Below, in pieces: positions 1 through 9,250 of a stretch of 64,000 nt of DNA. A program made the position numbers and the translations under genes. Source of the DNA: an uncultured Calditrichaceae bacterium. GTDB taxonomy: Bacteria > Calditrichota > Calditrichia > Calditrichales > J004. The notes beneath the pieces are model-generated. The model had not been told where the DNA came from. It ran no database searches and was given only the letters and a program-made list of their open reading frames with translations. The first letter of the stretch is position 1. Each line of letters opens with the position of its first letter. The stretch is from the NCBI GenBank assembly GCA_964456445.1, contig CAYWBI010000004.1, positions 4,110 through 68,109 of the forward strand, in the 5' to 3' direction.

Positions 1-264
1 GAAAGGGATGGGCATGTAAAGATAAATGTCTCCTGTCTTACCGAAAAGAAACATCAGCTTACGATTGAAGACGATGGGCCTGGCATGGATAAGGCAACCT
101 GTGAAAAAATATTTATTCCTTTTTTTACGACCAAGGATGCGCATCAGGGAACAGGACTCGGGCTGTATATCGCAAGAAACATATGCCATAATCATAATGC
201 CACGATCACTTGCGAAAGCGCTGTCGGTCATGGCACAATATTTAAAATCATATTCCATGGATAA
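1..264 (+). CDS. Sensor histidine kinase, C-terminal HATPase_c fragment (5' end outside window)
   Basis: Frame 1 is open from base 1 to TAA at 262-264. It reads ...LTIEDDGPGMD...FFTTK...GTGLGLYIARNI..., which carries the G1 (DxGxG) and G2 (GxGLGL) ATP-lid boxes. The stop lies 3 nt before the response-regulator ATG at 268. It is absent from the ORF track because it has no start codon in the window. Confidence 0.8.
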   Translation, partial: ERDGHVKINVSCLTEKKHQLTIEDDGPGMDKATCEKIFIPFFTTKDAHQGTGLGLYIARNICHNHNATITCESAVGHGTIFKIIFHG

Positions 265-267
265 ACA

Positions 268-1635
268 ATGAAAAATGTTTTACTAATTGACGATGAACCC
301 GAAATGCTGGAAAGCATGAAAAAATTAATGTCCAGGCGCGCTGATTGCAACCCCACACTTTTGCAGGATCCGGTGAAGGCATTGACGCTGGTCAAGGAAA
401 AACGGTTTGATTTGATTATCACAGACCTGAACATGAAAAGCGTGTCCGGTCTGGATATCCTTAGGGCCGCCCTCGAAGCCTTCCCAGATGCCACCGTTAT
501 CCTGATATCCGGTTATGGAACCATCGATACCAGTGTAAAGGCAATGAGCGAGGGGGCTTTTGATTTTATTGAAAAACCGTTTACATCAAAAAAACTCTTT
601 TCTACCATCGAACGGGCCTTTGAGCAAACTTATAAAAAAATTGAACAGATTGATCCTTCAAAAAGTAATGACCCTTTCCATGGTATTGTGTACCGGAGCA
701 CCCAGATGATCGAACTGATCAATGTTATCCATCGGGTAGCCAGAGGGAACATGAATATTCTTATCAGCGGAGAGAGCGGAACGGGAAAAGAACTCGTTGC
801 CCGTGCCATACATGCAACAAGCAAAAGAAATGAGGCGCCATTTGTACCGGTAAATTGTGGCGCACTACCGGAGAACCTGTTCGAAAGTGAAATTTTTGGT
901 CACGAACGCGGGGCCTTTACCGGCGCGATAAAGGCCAAGCCCGGTCTTTTGGAATTTGCCAGTCAGGGTACTTTTTTTCTTGATGAAATTGGTGATTTAA
1001 GCCTGGCCATGCAAGTAAAACTGTTACGTATGCTGGAAGACCATAAAATCCGGCGTGTTGGCGGCACAAAAGAAATTGAGACCGATGTCCGCGTGGTTGC
1101 GGCAACAAATAAGAACCTTGAATCGGCCATAATAGAAAAAAGGTTCCGCGAGGACTTATACTATCGGCTGAATACTATCCATCTCACGATCCCACCGCTA
1201 AGGGAAAGACCCGATGACATCATCCCTCTGGCCAATCATTTTCTATCAAGGCTTAGTAAAGAAAACAACCATATGGTCTATAGGTTTTCTCCGGGGGCGA
1301 TCAAAATGTTACAAAACTTAACCCTGCCCGGCAATGTCCGTGAACTACAAAATATGGTCAGCCGTGCTTACTATTTATGCAACAATTCTGTCATTCAAAA
1401 ACAAGATCTGCCAATAGGGAACCAGGGCCATGCCACCTTATTTGCGGATGATGTCCTAAACCTGTCCTATAAAAATGCCAAGGACGCCATTTTTGAAAAG
1501 TTTGAAGTAAAATACCTTTTGTTTAATCTAAAGAAACACGGCGGCAATATTTCGCAAACTGCCGATCAATGTGGTCTGGACCGGCGTACCATACACCGCC
1601 TGATAAAAAAACATAATATCATTCTGGATGAGTAA
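268..1635 (+). CDS. Sigma-54-dependent response regulator (REC + AAA+ sigma-54 interaction + Fis-type HTH; NtrC family)
   Basis: N-terminal receiver domain (DLIITDLNM). Walker A is GESGTGKE and the sigma-54 contact loop is GAFTGA (ERGAFTGA). C-terminal HTH reads ISQTADQCGLDRRTIHRLIKK. Tightly coupled to the upstream kinase. Confidence 0.9.
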   Translation: MKNVLLIDDEPEMLESMKKLMSRRADCNPTLLQDPVKALTLVKEKRFDLIITDLNMKSVSGLDILRAALEAFPDATVILISGYGTIDTSVKAMSEGAFDFIEKPFTSKKLFSTIERAFEQTYKKIEQIDPSKSNDPFHGIVYRSTQMIELINVIHRVARGNMNILISGESGTGKELVARAIHATSKRNEAPFVPVNCGALPENLFESEIFGHERGAFTGAIKAKPGLLEFASQGTFFLDEIGDLSLAMQVKLLRMLEDHKIRRVGGTKEIETDVRVVAATNKNLESAIIEKRFREDLYYRLNTIHLTIPPLRERPDDIIPLANHFLSRLSKENNHMVYRFSPGAIKMLQNLTLPGNVRELQNMVSRAYYLCNNSVIQKQDLPIGNQGHATLFADDVLNLSYKNAKDAIFEKFEVKYLLFNLKKHGGNISQTADQCGLDRRTIHRLIKKHNIILDE

Positions 1636-1987
1636 AAAAGTGTATTTTCAGGTGCCCTTACAACTGATAATCTTATATATAATTCGCTTTAAAATTTACC
1701 AGGGTATTCATCCGGCATTAAATTGTAACTTATATATTCAATAAGCAAAAGTGTTTCTTTCACTAAGATAACAGATAGACCACGAGCGTCTAAATGTGGA
1801 ATGAAATATTTTACTTTTGCTTTATTATTACTTGTTTGCTTCTACTGGGTTTTGTGTGGATACAGAATAATCCTTTGAATGAACATAGATGATTTCTGAA
1901 ATCAAAATAAATTAAATCCATTAGAATGCCATCCCGCAAATGGAATGCAAAGTTAATGGTTCCAACTGTTGCAGAATATGTAAAGTT

Positions 1988-2250
1988 GGGGCTAAAGCCC
2001 CATTAGTTGCGTTGCCCGCTTCCATCCCCGCCATAAATGGCGGGGTTAGTTTGTGGCCGCACTCTACCATAAATAAGGCACGATCCCACCTGCCGAGCAT
2101 GAGATAACTGAGGCACCTTCATGACTAACCCCGGGATTTATCCCGGGGACAAACTACCCTAACGATTAGCCTGGGCTTTAGCCCCTGTAGTTGTTGCGCT
2201 AAAACCCCAATGAGTTCTGTCTTTCTTCCATCCACGAGATAAATCTCGTG
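1988..2250. repeat. Cluster of short GC-clamped palindromes / hairpin modules in an 890-bp ORF-free spacer
   Basis: Perfect palindromes: ccccgccat-aa-atggcgggg (2026-2045), ccccgggat-tt-atcccgggg (2129-2148) and cacgagat-aa-atctcgtg (2233-2250). GGGCTwwAGCCC hairpins sit at 1988-2001 and 2173-2184. The prefix cttccatcc precedes two of the palindromes. Confidence 0.7.
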
Positions 2251-2524
2251 TCAATTCATGAAGCGTCCTGAAATAGGTTGACTGTTTTTGCCGCTTTTCC
2301 CGGATGAATCCCTGTGGGAAGCACCCATGTACAAAACAGCAACCGCCGTAGAGGACAATTTACGATTAGACAATCCTGTTATCCTGTCTAATAAATATTC
2401 TTACAATCTAAGAATTTACCATCAAGAAACCCGGTAGAGCCACTTGTTTAAGTAGCAATACGCATTTTCTTGTTACGAGGTGTATCAATCCCTGCAAAAA
2501 ATTTAAACCTTGTTTTGCACGAAG

Positions 2525-3103
2525 TCACGATTTATTCAGAGCCTGCTCAAAGATATCAACCCCCTGGCAGCCCAACAGCAACTTTTTATCCCACATAAAG
2601 GCGGGCAGAGTTTTTACCCCAAGACCAAGCGCATTGTAGCGTCGTTTGTCCAGGCGCAGTTGATAGGTCGGAACGGTTAAAGCCAACAAAGCCTCACCGG
2701 AATCCAGCCCTGCCTGAACAGCTATCTGTCCCAACACGCCGTTGTCTTCCAGGTTGGCGCCTTCGTTCCAATAGGCCTGCATGGCCGTTTTTTGAAAGAC
2801 ATCCAGCTTGTTTTTGTCACGGGCAAACTCAGCGAGCCTTAACACTTTTCCGGTATTATATGTTTTATCCGGGAAGGGGACGTTGTCCAGGCCAAAATCA
2901 CGGGCATATTTTTCCACATATAGCCTAAACGGCCGATAGCGGGCGTCGCTGGTATCCACCCCGCCGGGCGGCGTTTCGGGATGTAGTTCCATACCAAGCC
3001 AGAGGAAGGAAACCCCGTAAACTTCCTTTAGCTTAATCATCACCGAGTGTTCGGCAATGTAGCAAAAGGGACAGATCAAATCTGAGAAATAGCGTATTTC
3101 CAT
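2525..3103 (-). CDS. DsbA-family thiol:disulfide oxidoreductase (FrnE/HCCA-isomerase-like)
   Basis: MEIRYFSDLICPFCY carries a CPFC thioredoxin-fold active site near the N-terminus. I chose the start at the internal ATG (3101-3103), which has GGAG 8 nt upstream. The track ORF extends to 3196. Confidence 0.7.
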   Translation of the reverse strand: MEIRYFSDLICPFCYIAEHSVMIKLKEVYGVSFLWLGMELHPETPPGGVDTSDARYRPFRLYVEKYARDFGLDNVPFPDKTYNTGKVLRLAEFARDKNKLDVFQKTAMQAYWNEGANLEDNGVLGQIAVQAGLDSGEALLALTVPTYQLRLDKRRYNALGLGVKTLPAFMWDKKLLLGCQGVDIFEQALNKS

Positions 3104-3251
3104 AACCGGCTCCGTATAAAAAACAAGAGCATAACACCGGATTCCTAAAATTGCATCACGCTTTCTTAAACTTTTTAAATGTCCTGGCCTGGACAAGCAT
3201 GAAACTAAAAAATAATTTTAATTTTCGGATTGGTATTGTTTTTATAATACC

Positions 3252-3432
3252 ACGCCTCCGGCGTTTATCTTCCCTCGGTAATTATTTGCTATAATCATAT
3301 CACACCTACGGTGTTTTCGTAATTTGATTGTAGCATTTCTCAAAAGAATCTTGCCAAATCACATATCCCAATCCCGAAGGGATAAAATGATTATAGTTTT
3401 TTGCACCACACAAAACGAAACCCCATAGGGGT
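3252..3432. repeat. Array of four 5-bp-stem / 3-nt-loop hairpins
   Basis: The four hairpins are acgcc-tcc-ggcgt (3252-3264), acacc-tac-ggtgt (3302-3314), atccc-gaa-gggat (3371-3383) and acccc-ata-ggggt (3420-3432). They explain the spurious track ORF 3306..3533. Confidence 0.6.
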
Positions 3433-3547
3433 GTCACAAAATCAGCGGCATACATCAATTTTATTAAATCTGATCCGGATATACCGGGCTCGAAAATGTG
3501 ATTTTTATTTTCTGCCCCAAAAATAAAATTCATTATATAGGCCGGAA

Positions 3548-4018
3548 CTAATCGTCATCGTCATCAATGGGATTTTCTTTTTTTAAACTGTCTGTCTTTG
3601 CGCCTTGCGACCATTTCTTTAAAATGTCAATTTGTTCGGGGCTCAGTTTTGCCTTGGGATGCAGAATCAGATAAGGCGGCAGAGGCATATCGCCTTCACC
3701 AACTTCCTCGGCGGTTTGATCACGACGGTGAGTGCGTTTTTTATCGGTCATCAATTTCCATTCGGAAAAATTGAGTTTATGGCGGGCTTCGTGGACATGG
3801 TCAGCTACAAACCAGGAAACCGGGGCCACATAACTGTACCAGGGCCAGACCGATTGATTGGAATGGCAATCGTAACACGCCGTTTTTAAAATCGTATGGA
3901 TGTTTTCCGCAACCTGAATCTCATTTTGCGGGTCCGATTGTGGATTATCATGCGTCACCGTTACAAATTGAATCAGCACGAACAGCACCGATAAATAAAC
4001 AAGCCATTTCTTCAACAA
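3548..4018 (-). CDS. Haem-binding domain protein (small membrane-anchored cytochrome-like)
   Basis: N-terminal TM helix followed by ACYDCHSNQSVWPWYSYVAPVSWFVADHVHEARHKLNFSEW. This contains a CxxCH haem motif in the typical Haem_bd context. Confidence 0.65.
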   Translation of the reverse strand: MLKKWLVYLSVLFVLIQFVTVTHDNPQSDPQNEIQVAENIHTILKTACYDCHSNQSVWPWYSYVAPVSWFVADHVHEARHKLNFSEWKLMTDKKRTHRRDQTAEEVGEGDMPLPPYLILHPKAKLSPEQIDILKKWSQGAKTDSLKKENPIDDDDD

Positions 4019-4070
4019 ACACCTCCGGGTTATAATTTATGGATTAAAGATTATTGTGTTTAAACAAGGG

Positions 4071-4691
4071 TTACAATTTTATGACATGGATACAACCGCG
4101 CTTCAATTTTAAATTGCCATTATGTTCCATTCGTTTTAGCAAACGTGAAACCACTTCGCGTGCCGTGCCAAGCTGTATTGCAATTTCCTGATGCGTAGTT
4201 TGTACGTTCCTATGGACGTCACAACTTTGCAGAAGCAACCTTTTCAAACGCTGATCCACACTCTTAAAAGCAATTTCATCCACAAGGTCAAAGATTTCGG
4301 TCAGGCGTTCGTCATACAAATCGGTTACATAACGTCGCCAGCTTGGATAGCGGTTATGCCAATCCTTAATTTGTGCATCGCTGATCAAAATTATTTTTGT
4401 CGGTTTGCCGGTCACGGCGACCAGGGCCTCCATATTAGCAAAATCCCTTTTTAGGCTGGATGTAATGGAAATAATACAGCTCTCACCCGGCAAAATATGG
4501 TACATCAAAATTTCCCTGCCGTCTTTATCGGCACGGGCAACCTTTATGGCGCCTTGCAAAACAATTGGTGTATAGCGCAGACTATTGCCGGCAGTGGTTA
4601 TATAGCTTTGGACGGGCAGGTTCATTTTTTTGCACGCGTCCAACTCACGCGTCAGGCCGGGTTCAAACAGCTTATCAAGATTTATGTCCAT
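4071..4691 (-). CDS. Crp/Fnr-family transcriptional regulator
   Basis: About 200 aa with a cNMP-binding-like beta-barrel region and a C-terminal HTH (IAIQLGTAREVVSRLLKRMEHNG). Confidence 0.75.
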   Translation of the reverse strand: MDINLDKLFEPGLTRELDACKKMNLPVQSYITTAGNSLRYTPIVLQGAIKVARADKDGREILMYHILPGESCIISITSSLKRDFANMEALVAVTGKPTKIILISDAQIKDWHNRYPSWRRYVTDLYDERLTEIFDLVDEIAFKSVDQRLKRLLLQSCDVHRNVQTTHQEIAIQLGTAREVVSRLLKRMEHNGNLKLKRGCIHVIKL

Positions 4692-4857
4692 TCGGGCCTT
4701 AATTGTGAAAAGTAAAAAATTGGCTTCAGCAATCTAAATAATGAAGCGATTGAGGGCGAATTATTTTCTCTTGGGCCTGGTTGAAATATATCAACGGAAA
4801 ACATAGCTCTCATAAACCCGTGGTTGGTAAATTGAACCAATCTTGATATATTACAAT

Positions 4858-6717
4858 ATGAAAAAAACAAGCCAAAACCCCTTGTACCAGATCGGTCGCC
4901 CGGTTTCTGCCTGGCTGCCTACAACCCTTAAGGAAGTACAGTCGCGTGGTTGGGACGAACTTGATATTATTTTATTCAGTGGTGATGCCTATGTAGACCA
5001 TCCGGCATTTGGCCCGGCGGTTGTTGGCCGGATAATCGAAAGCATGGGTTTTAAGATTGCCATCGTTCCCCAGCCCAATTGGCAGGATGACGGCCGTGAT
5101 TTTAAAAAACTCGGCAGACCGCGTCTATTTTTTGGCGTAACCTCCGGCTCAATGGACTCCATGGTTAACCACTATACCGCATCCAAAAGGCGGCGCGCTC
5201 ATGACGCCTACACACCTGGCGGCGACCGTGACCATCGCCCGGACTACGCCACGGTTATTTATACACAAAAATTGCGCAAATTCTTCCCGGATACCCCCAT
5301 CGTAATTGGCGGGATCGAAGCATCCTTGCGCCGTGTTACCCATTATGATTATTGGTCGGATCAATTACGTCCTTCCATATTGGCCCAAAGCGGAGCAGAT
5401 ATGCTTGTTTATGGCATGGGCGAACAACCATTGCGTGAGCTGTTGCGCCTGTTACAACGAGGGGTCCCTTTTAACAGCTTAAAAACAATTGCACAAACAG
5501 CCATTTTACTCCCCGCGGATGCGGAGCTGCCAAAAATGAAAAAATGGAATTCACTGGAATTGTACAGCCATGAAGATTGTTTGGCGGATAAATTAAAATT
5601 TACAAAAAATTTTAAACCCATCGAACAGGAATCAAACAGGTACCGTGCCCAAAGACTGCACCAGCGCATAGGTGATATGCGCATTGTAATCAATCCGCCC
5701 TACCCTACAATAACCGAAAGCGGGATTGACGCATCTTTTGACCTGCCCTATACACGTTTGCCCCATCCCAAATATACCAAACGGGGCCCCATCCCCGCAT
5801 ACGAAATGATACGCCATTCTGTAAATATGCACCGTGGATGTTTTGGTGGGTGCAGTTTCTGCACCATCTCCGCCCATCAGGGTAAGTTTATCGCCAGCCG
5901 TTCAAAAAATTCGATTATGAAAGAAGTCGAAGCCATTACCCAAATGCCCGATTACAAAGGATATATAAGCGATCTCGGCGGGCCATCGGCCAATATGTAT
6001 AAAATGAAGGGCAAGGATCTGGCCATCTGCGACCGTTGCGTGGCCCCCTCCTGTATCCACCCAACCGTATGCCATAACTTAGATACTAGCCATGCCCCTC
6101 TGCTGGATATTTATAAAAGTGTCGATGCGCTGCCAGAGGTAAAAAAAGCATTCGTCGGCAGCGGTATTCGTTATGATTTATTGGTCGATAAAGACCCACT
6201 CAAACAAAAAGAAAATGACGGTTTTATTGAACAACTGATGCAGCACCATGTATCGGGCCGCTTGAAAGTGGCCCCGGAACATACATCGGACGACGTGCTG
6301 AAAATCATGCGCAAGCCCTCATTCAAAAAATTTTATATTTTTAAGGATGCTTTTGACCGGATAAACAAAAAATGGGGATTGAAACAACAGCTTATCCCCT
6401 ATTTCATATCCAGCCACCCCGGTTCCACCGAAGAAAGTATGGCGCACCTGGCCTGTGAAACAAAGGATATGGGTTTCCAATTGGAGCAGGTGCAAGACTT
6501 TACCCCAACCCCGATGACCGTGGCCACGGTTATCTACTACTCGGGTTACCACCCATATACATTAAAACGTGTTTACACAGCACATAGCCCAAAGGAAAAG
6601 AAGGACCAGCACCGCTTTTTCTTTTGGTACAAGCGTGAAAACCGCGAATGGATACGGCGCACACTTACAAAACTAAACAGGAAAGACCTTGCGGAAAGAT
6701 TGTTAAAGTTCAAATAA
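4858..6717 (+). CDS. ygiQ: YgiQ-family radical SAM protein (UPF0313)
   Basis: N-terminal motifs GDAYVDHPAFG and QPNW. Radical-SAM cluster motif HRGCFGGCSFCTI. Length and layout match YgiQ. Start taken at MKKTSQ; the track ORF begins at 4843. Confidence 0.85.
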   Translation: MKKTSQNPLYQIGRPVSAWLPTTLKEVQSRGWDELDIILFSGDAYVDHPAFGPAVVGRIIESMGFKIAIVPQPNWQDDGRDFKKLGRPRLFFGVTSGSMDSMVNHYTASKRRRAHDAYTPGGDRDHRPDYATVIYTQKLRKFFPDTPIVIGGIEASLRRVTHYDYWSDQLRPSILAQSGADMLVYGMGEQPLRELLRLLQRGVPFNSLKTIAQTAILLPADAELPKMKKWNSLELYSHEDCLADKLKFTKNFKPIEQESNRYRAQRLHQRIGDMRIVINPPYPTITESGIDASFDLPYTRLPHPKYTKRGPIPAYEMIRHSVNMHRGCFGGCSFCTISAHQGKFIASRSKNSIMKEVEAITQMPDYKGYISDLGGPSANMYKMKGKDLAICDRCVAPSCIHPTVCHNLDTSHAPLLDIYKSVDALPEVKKAFVGSGIRYDLLVDKDPLKQKENDGFIEQLMQHHVSGRLKVAPEHTSDDVLKIMRKPSFKKFYIFKDAFDRINKKWGLKQQLIPYFISSHPGSTEESMAHLACETKDMGFQLEQVQDFTPTPMTVATVIYYSGYHPYTLKRVYTAHSPKEKKDQHRFFFWYKRENREWIRRTLTKLNRKDLAERLLKFK

Positions 6718-6846
6718 GCAACTATGCGCCACGGTCAACCATGCTACATTTTTCCTTTTTTTATCAATCCCACCTATATTTTTCCGATGAGGGATAAAGG
6801 CCCTGGCAGCCTCACGGACACATAATTAAATTGATATCCAAAAAAC

Positions 6847-8625
6847 ATGCGCATACATCAATCATATTTTGAACAAAACAACCTGATCGCCTCCTTAGCT
6901 CAGTTTGTTCTGTTCTCAACCCTATTTTTAATTCCTGAGGATGGACATTTCCATCCATCAAGCTCGCTTGTTGCACTGACCATAATACTGCTTCTTACGG
7001 TACTGAAAATCACGATGTGCTTTATTGGGACAAATAATAAAATACATAAGCAAATCTCTTTTGTTCTGATTGATTCGACCGCACTGTTTTGGTCCACTCT
7101 ATACTTATTGGAATTGCTCGAGACGTCAACTTTAACACATCATACCATATATTTGCTTTTTTTGATCATGGGCATTAGCGGGTCCGGGGTCCTATCACTT
7201 TACAAACATCACTCCCTAACCTATTCATACATTGCATGTATCGAACTCACATCCTTTTTCTATACGGCTTTTCTTCTTACAGAAATCCGATTTACAATTC
7301 TTATCGGCATATTTGCCTCAATGGTATTTAACAGCTACTATGCTTTTTTACATTATAAAAGCTGGCAAAATTTTTTAAATGAAAAACAAAAAAGCGATGA
7401 TCTCTCCCAAAAACTGGCAAATGAAAAAAAAACACTTCAGGATACAAACCATAAGCTGGATGCGGCCCTGGCTTCGGCGAAAGAGTACAGCAAATTAAAA
7501 GATGATTTTGTCGCGACGGTCAGTCATGAAATACGCACGCCTATGAACGGGGTAATCGGCATGAGCGCCTTGCTCGATGAAACTGAATTGTCGGATGAGC
7601 AAAAAGAATATAACACCCTTATCCGTCACTCATCCAAGGCCCTGTTGACCATCATCAACGATATTTTGGATTTTTCCAAAATCGAAGCGGGGAAACTGAC
7701 CCTGGAAGAAACGGCCTTTAATCTTCATGACCTGTTAAATGAAATAATTTTGATACATATTGACCGGGCAAAAGCATCCAATATTACTTTAAGGCTAAAT
7801 TTTCCCGACGAGATAACAGGACAAGTTTTGGGAGATCCTACCCGGTTAAGACAAATCCTGACCAACCTGATAGGAAATGCGATAAAATTTGCAAAGGACG
7901 GAACGGTGTCCCTTGATGTAAAACATACGCCCGAGGGCTTCTTCCGGTTTGACGTCACCGATGATGGGATTGGTATTCATCCTAAAAAGATAGATAATAT
8001 ATTTGAAAAATTTACACAGGCCGATTCATCTACCACCCGTCGGTTTGGCGGAACAGGCCTGGGGTTGTCCATCACCCGCGAGCTGGTTTGGCTGATGGCC
8101 GGAGAAATTAAAGTAGAGAGCAGCCCGGGCCGGGGTTCCACTTTTTCTGTTATCCTGCCGTTAAAGCCTTCTAAATTTAATGTTGAAAATTTGGATGAAC
8201 CGCTGAGAAACCAAAAACATGGCGTGCAAAAATCCTACGATAAAAAAGTGCTTATTGTAGATGACAACCTGATCAACCAAAAAGTGGCGTCCCGCATGCT
8301 CCAGCTTGATAATTTGATGGTCGATGTGGTTTCCAATGGCAAACAGGCCGTGGAAAACGCATACCATACTTTTTATGGCTGCATCCTAATGGATATTGAG
8401 ATGCCTCAAATGAACGGCATAACCGCCACAAAAGAAATACGCAAATCCAATGGCGCATCACAACAGGCGCCAATCATCGCCCTAACCGCTAATGCGGTAA
8501 AAGGTGACCGCGAGCGCTATCTTGCAGCCGGTATGGATGATTACCTGAGCAAACCACTTGATAAGGAAGAACTGCGTGCCAAGGTGCGGCATTGGCTAAA
8601 AACAGGCCATTCCGTGCCCACCTGA
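6847..8625 (+). CDS. Hybrid sensor histidine kinase / response regulator (multi-TM sensor, HisKA, HATPase_c, REC)
   Basis: About 170 aa of TM helices. H-box is FVATVSHEIRTPMNG, N-box is NLIGNAIKF, and G-boxes are DDGIGI and GTGLGLSI. The C-terminal receiver has VLIVDDN...ILMDIEMP. Confidence 0.85.
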   Translation: MRIHQSYFEQNNLIASLAQFVLFSTLFLIPEDGHFHPSSSLVALTIILLLTVLKITMCFIGTNNKIHKQISFVLIDSTALFWSTLYLLELLETSTLTHHTIYLLFLIMGISGSGVLSLYKHHSLTYSYIACIELTSFFYTAFLLTEIRFTILIGIFASMVFNSYYAFLHYKSWQNFLNEKQKSDDLSQKLANEKKTLQDTNHKLDAALASAKEYSKLKDDFVATVSHEIRTPMNGVIGMSALLDETELSDEQKEYNTLIRHSSKALLTIINDILDFSKIEAGKLTLEETAFNLHDLLNEIILIHIDRAKASNITLRLNFPDEITGQVLGDPTRLRQILTNLIGNAIKFAKDGTVSLDVKHTPEGFFRFDVTDDGIGIHPKKIDNIFEKFTQADSSTTRRFGGTGLGLSITRELVWLMAGEIKVESSPGRGSTFSVILPLKPSKFNVENLDEPLRNQKHGVQKSYDKKVLIVDDNLINQKVASRMLQLDNLMVDVVSNGKQAVENAYHTFYGCILMDIEMPQMNGITATKEIRKSNGASQQAPIIALTANAVKGDRERYLAAGMDDYLSKPLDKEELRAKVRHWLKTGHSVPT

Positions 8626-8915
8626 AAAGCTTTCCCTCACGCTGCTGTTATTGTCTTTGATATTGCCAGCAGGATCCCTCCTGCGCTTGCGGATATCATT
8701 CTGTGGTACATTAAAATAAAATCAGGACGAATGCCGGGATAATTATTTATAAATCTGTCTTATTACAAAACGGATCTGTTTTCGGACCGACGTTTTTTAT
8801 TTTCAATCGGCGGAAATACTAATGAAAAATTTATAGGATTGTATTTTGGCAGGGGATGGAACACATCCAATAGCGCACTGTTCTAACGGGCGCAATTGGA
8901 TGTGATGATGTGCGA

Positions 8916-9134
8916 TCAGGCAAATACGTTCAAATTGTGCCCAATACCGCCAAAAGCAGGCGCGGCCTTCGGGCTTGCCGAAGGGGATGCAGTGACCACC
9001 TTGTCATCCGCGTCATGATCATGATCCGGCTTACCAGATTGGACTCCTAAATCTGAGTCGGCCCGCTGAGCAGCCTGTATCGTTGTTTGTGTTGCCTGAA
9101 ATACCGATGCTCCGGCGACTGAAGACATACCCAT
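8916..9134 (-). CDS. Small (72 aa) YjfB-like protein with a His/Asp-rich insert
   Basis: Strong SD (AAGGAGAAAGTT-ATG). The N-terminus MSSVAGASVFQATQTTIQAAQ and the C-terminal ...GGIGHNLNVFA resemble the two conserved ends of YjfB-type 'putative motility' peptides. The middle is KPDHDHDADDK plus an Ala/Pro/Ser-rich stretch. Confidence 0.4.
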   Translation of the reverse strand: MGMSSVAGASVFQATQTTIQAAQRADSDLGVQSGKPDHDHDADDKVVTASPSASPKAAPAFGGIGHNLNVFA

Positions 9135-9250
9135 AACTTTCTCCTTAAAGTTTATGAATGGTTATTAATTATACTGGTCGTCGGGTATGACTTTTTCTTA
9201 AACTATTGGTTATATGAGATCAGGATGCACGAAAAGTATTCGCACTGTTT

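Noticed and set aside
1988-2250. The hairpin clusters here and at 3252-3432 and 10096-10398 might be degenerate CRISPR arrays.
   Set aside because: There is no conserved direct repeat, since each palindrome has a different sequence. The units are 13-20 nt rather than 24-48 nt. No cas genes or leader are in the window. Only one trio shows regular spacing.
2525-3196. N-terminal extensions in track ORFs: 2525..3196, 9251..9661, 20098..20673, 36459..37265, 37359..38690 and 4843..6717.
   Set aside because: In each case an internal ATG aligns with the conserved N-terminus of the family, and most have a better-placed SD. The extensions have no family counterpart. I used the shorter coordinates in the feature list.
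3306-3533. A 75-aa ORF at 3306..3533, and similarly 9979..10218 (79 aa).
   Set aside because: Both are read-throughs of hairpin modules, for example TPLWGF from accccataggggt, IPSGLGY from atcccgaagggat, and VIPGLPRNPS from attccgggcttgccccggaat. Neither has an SD or a plausible protein fold.
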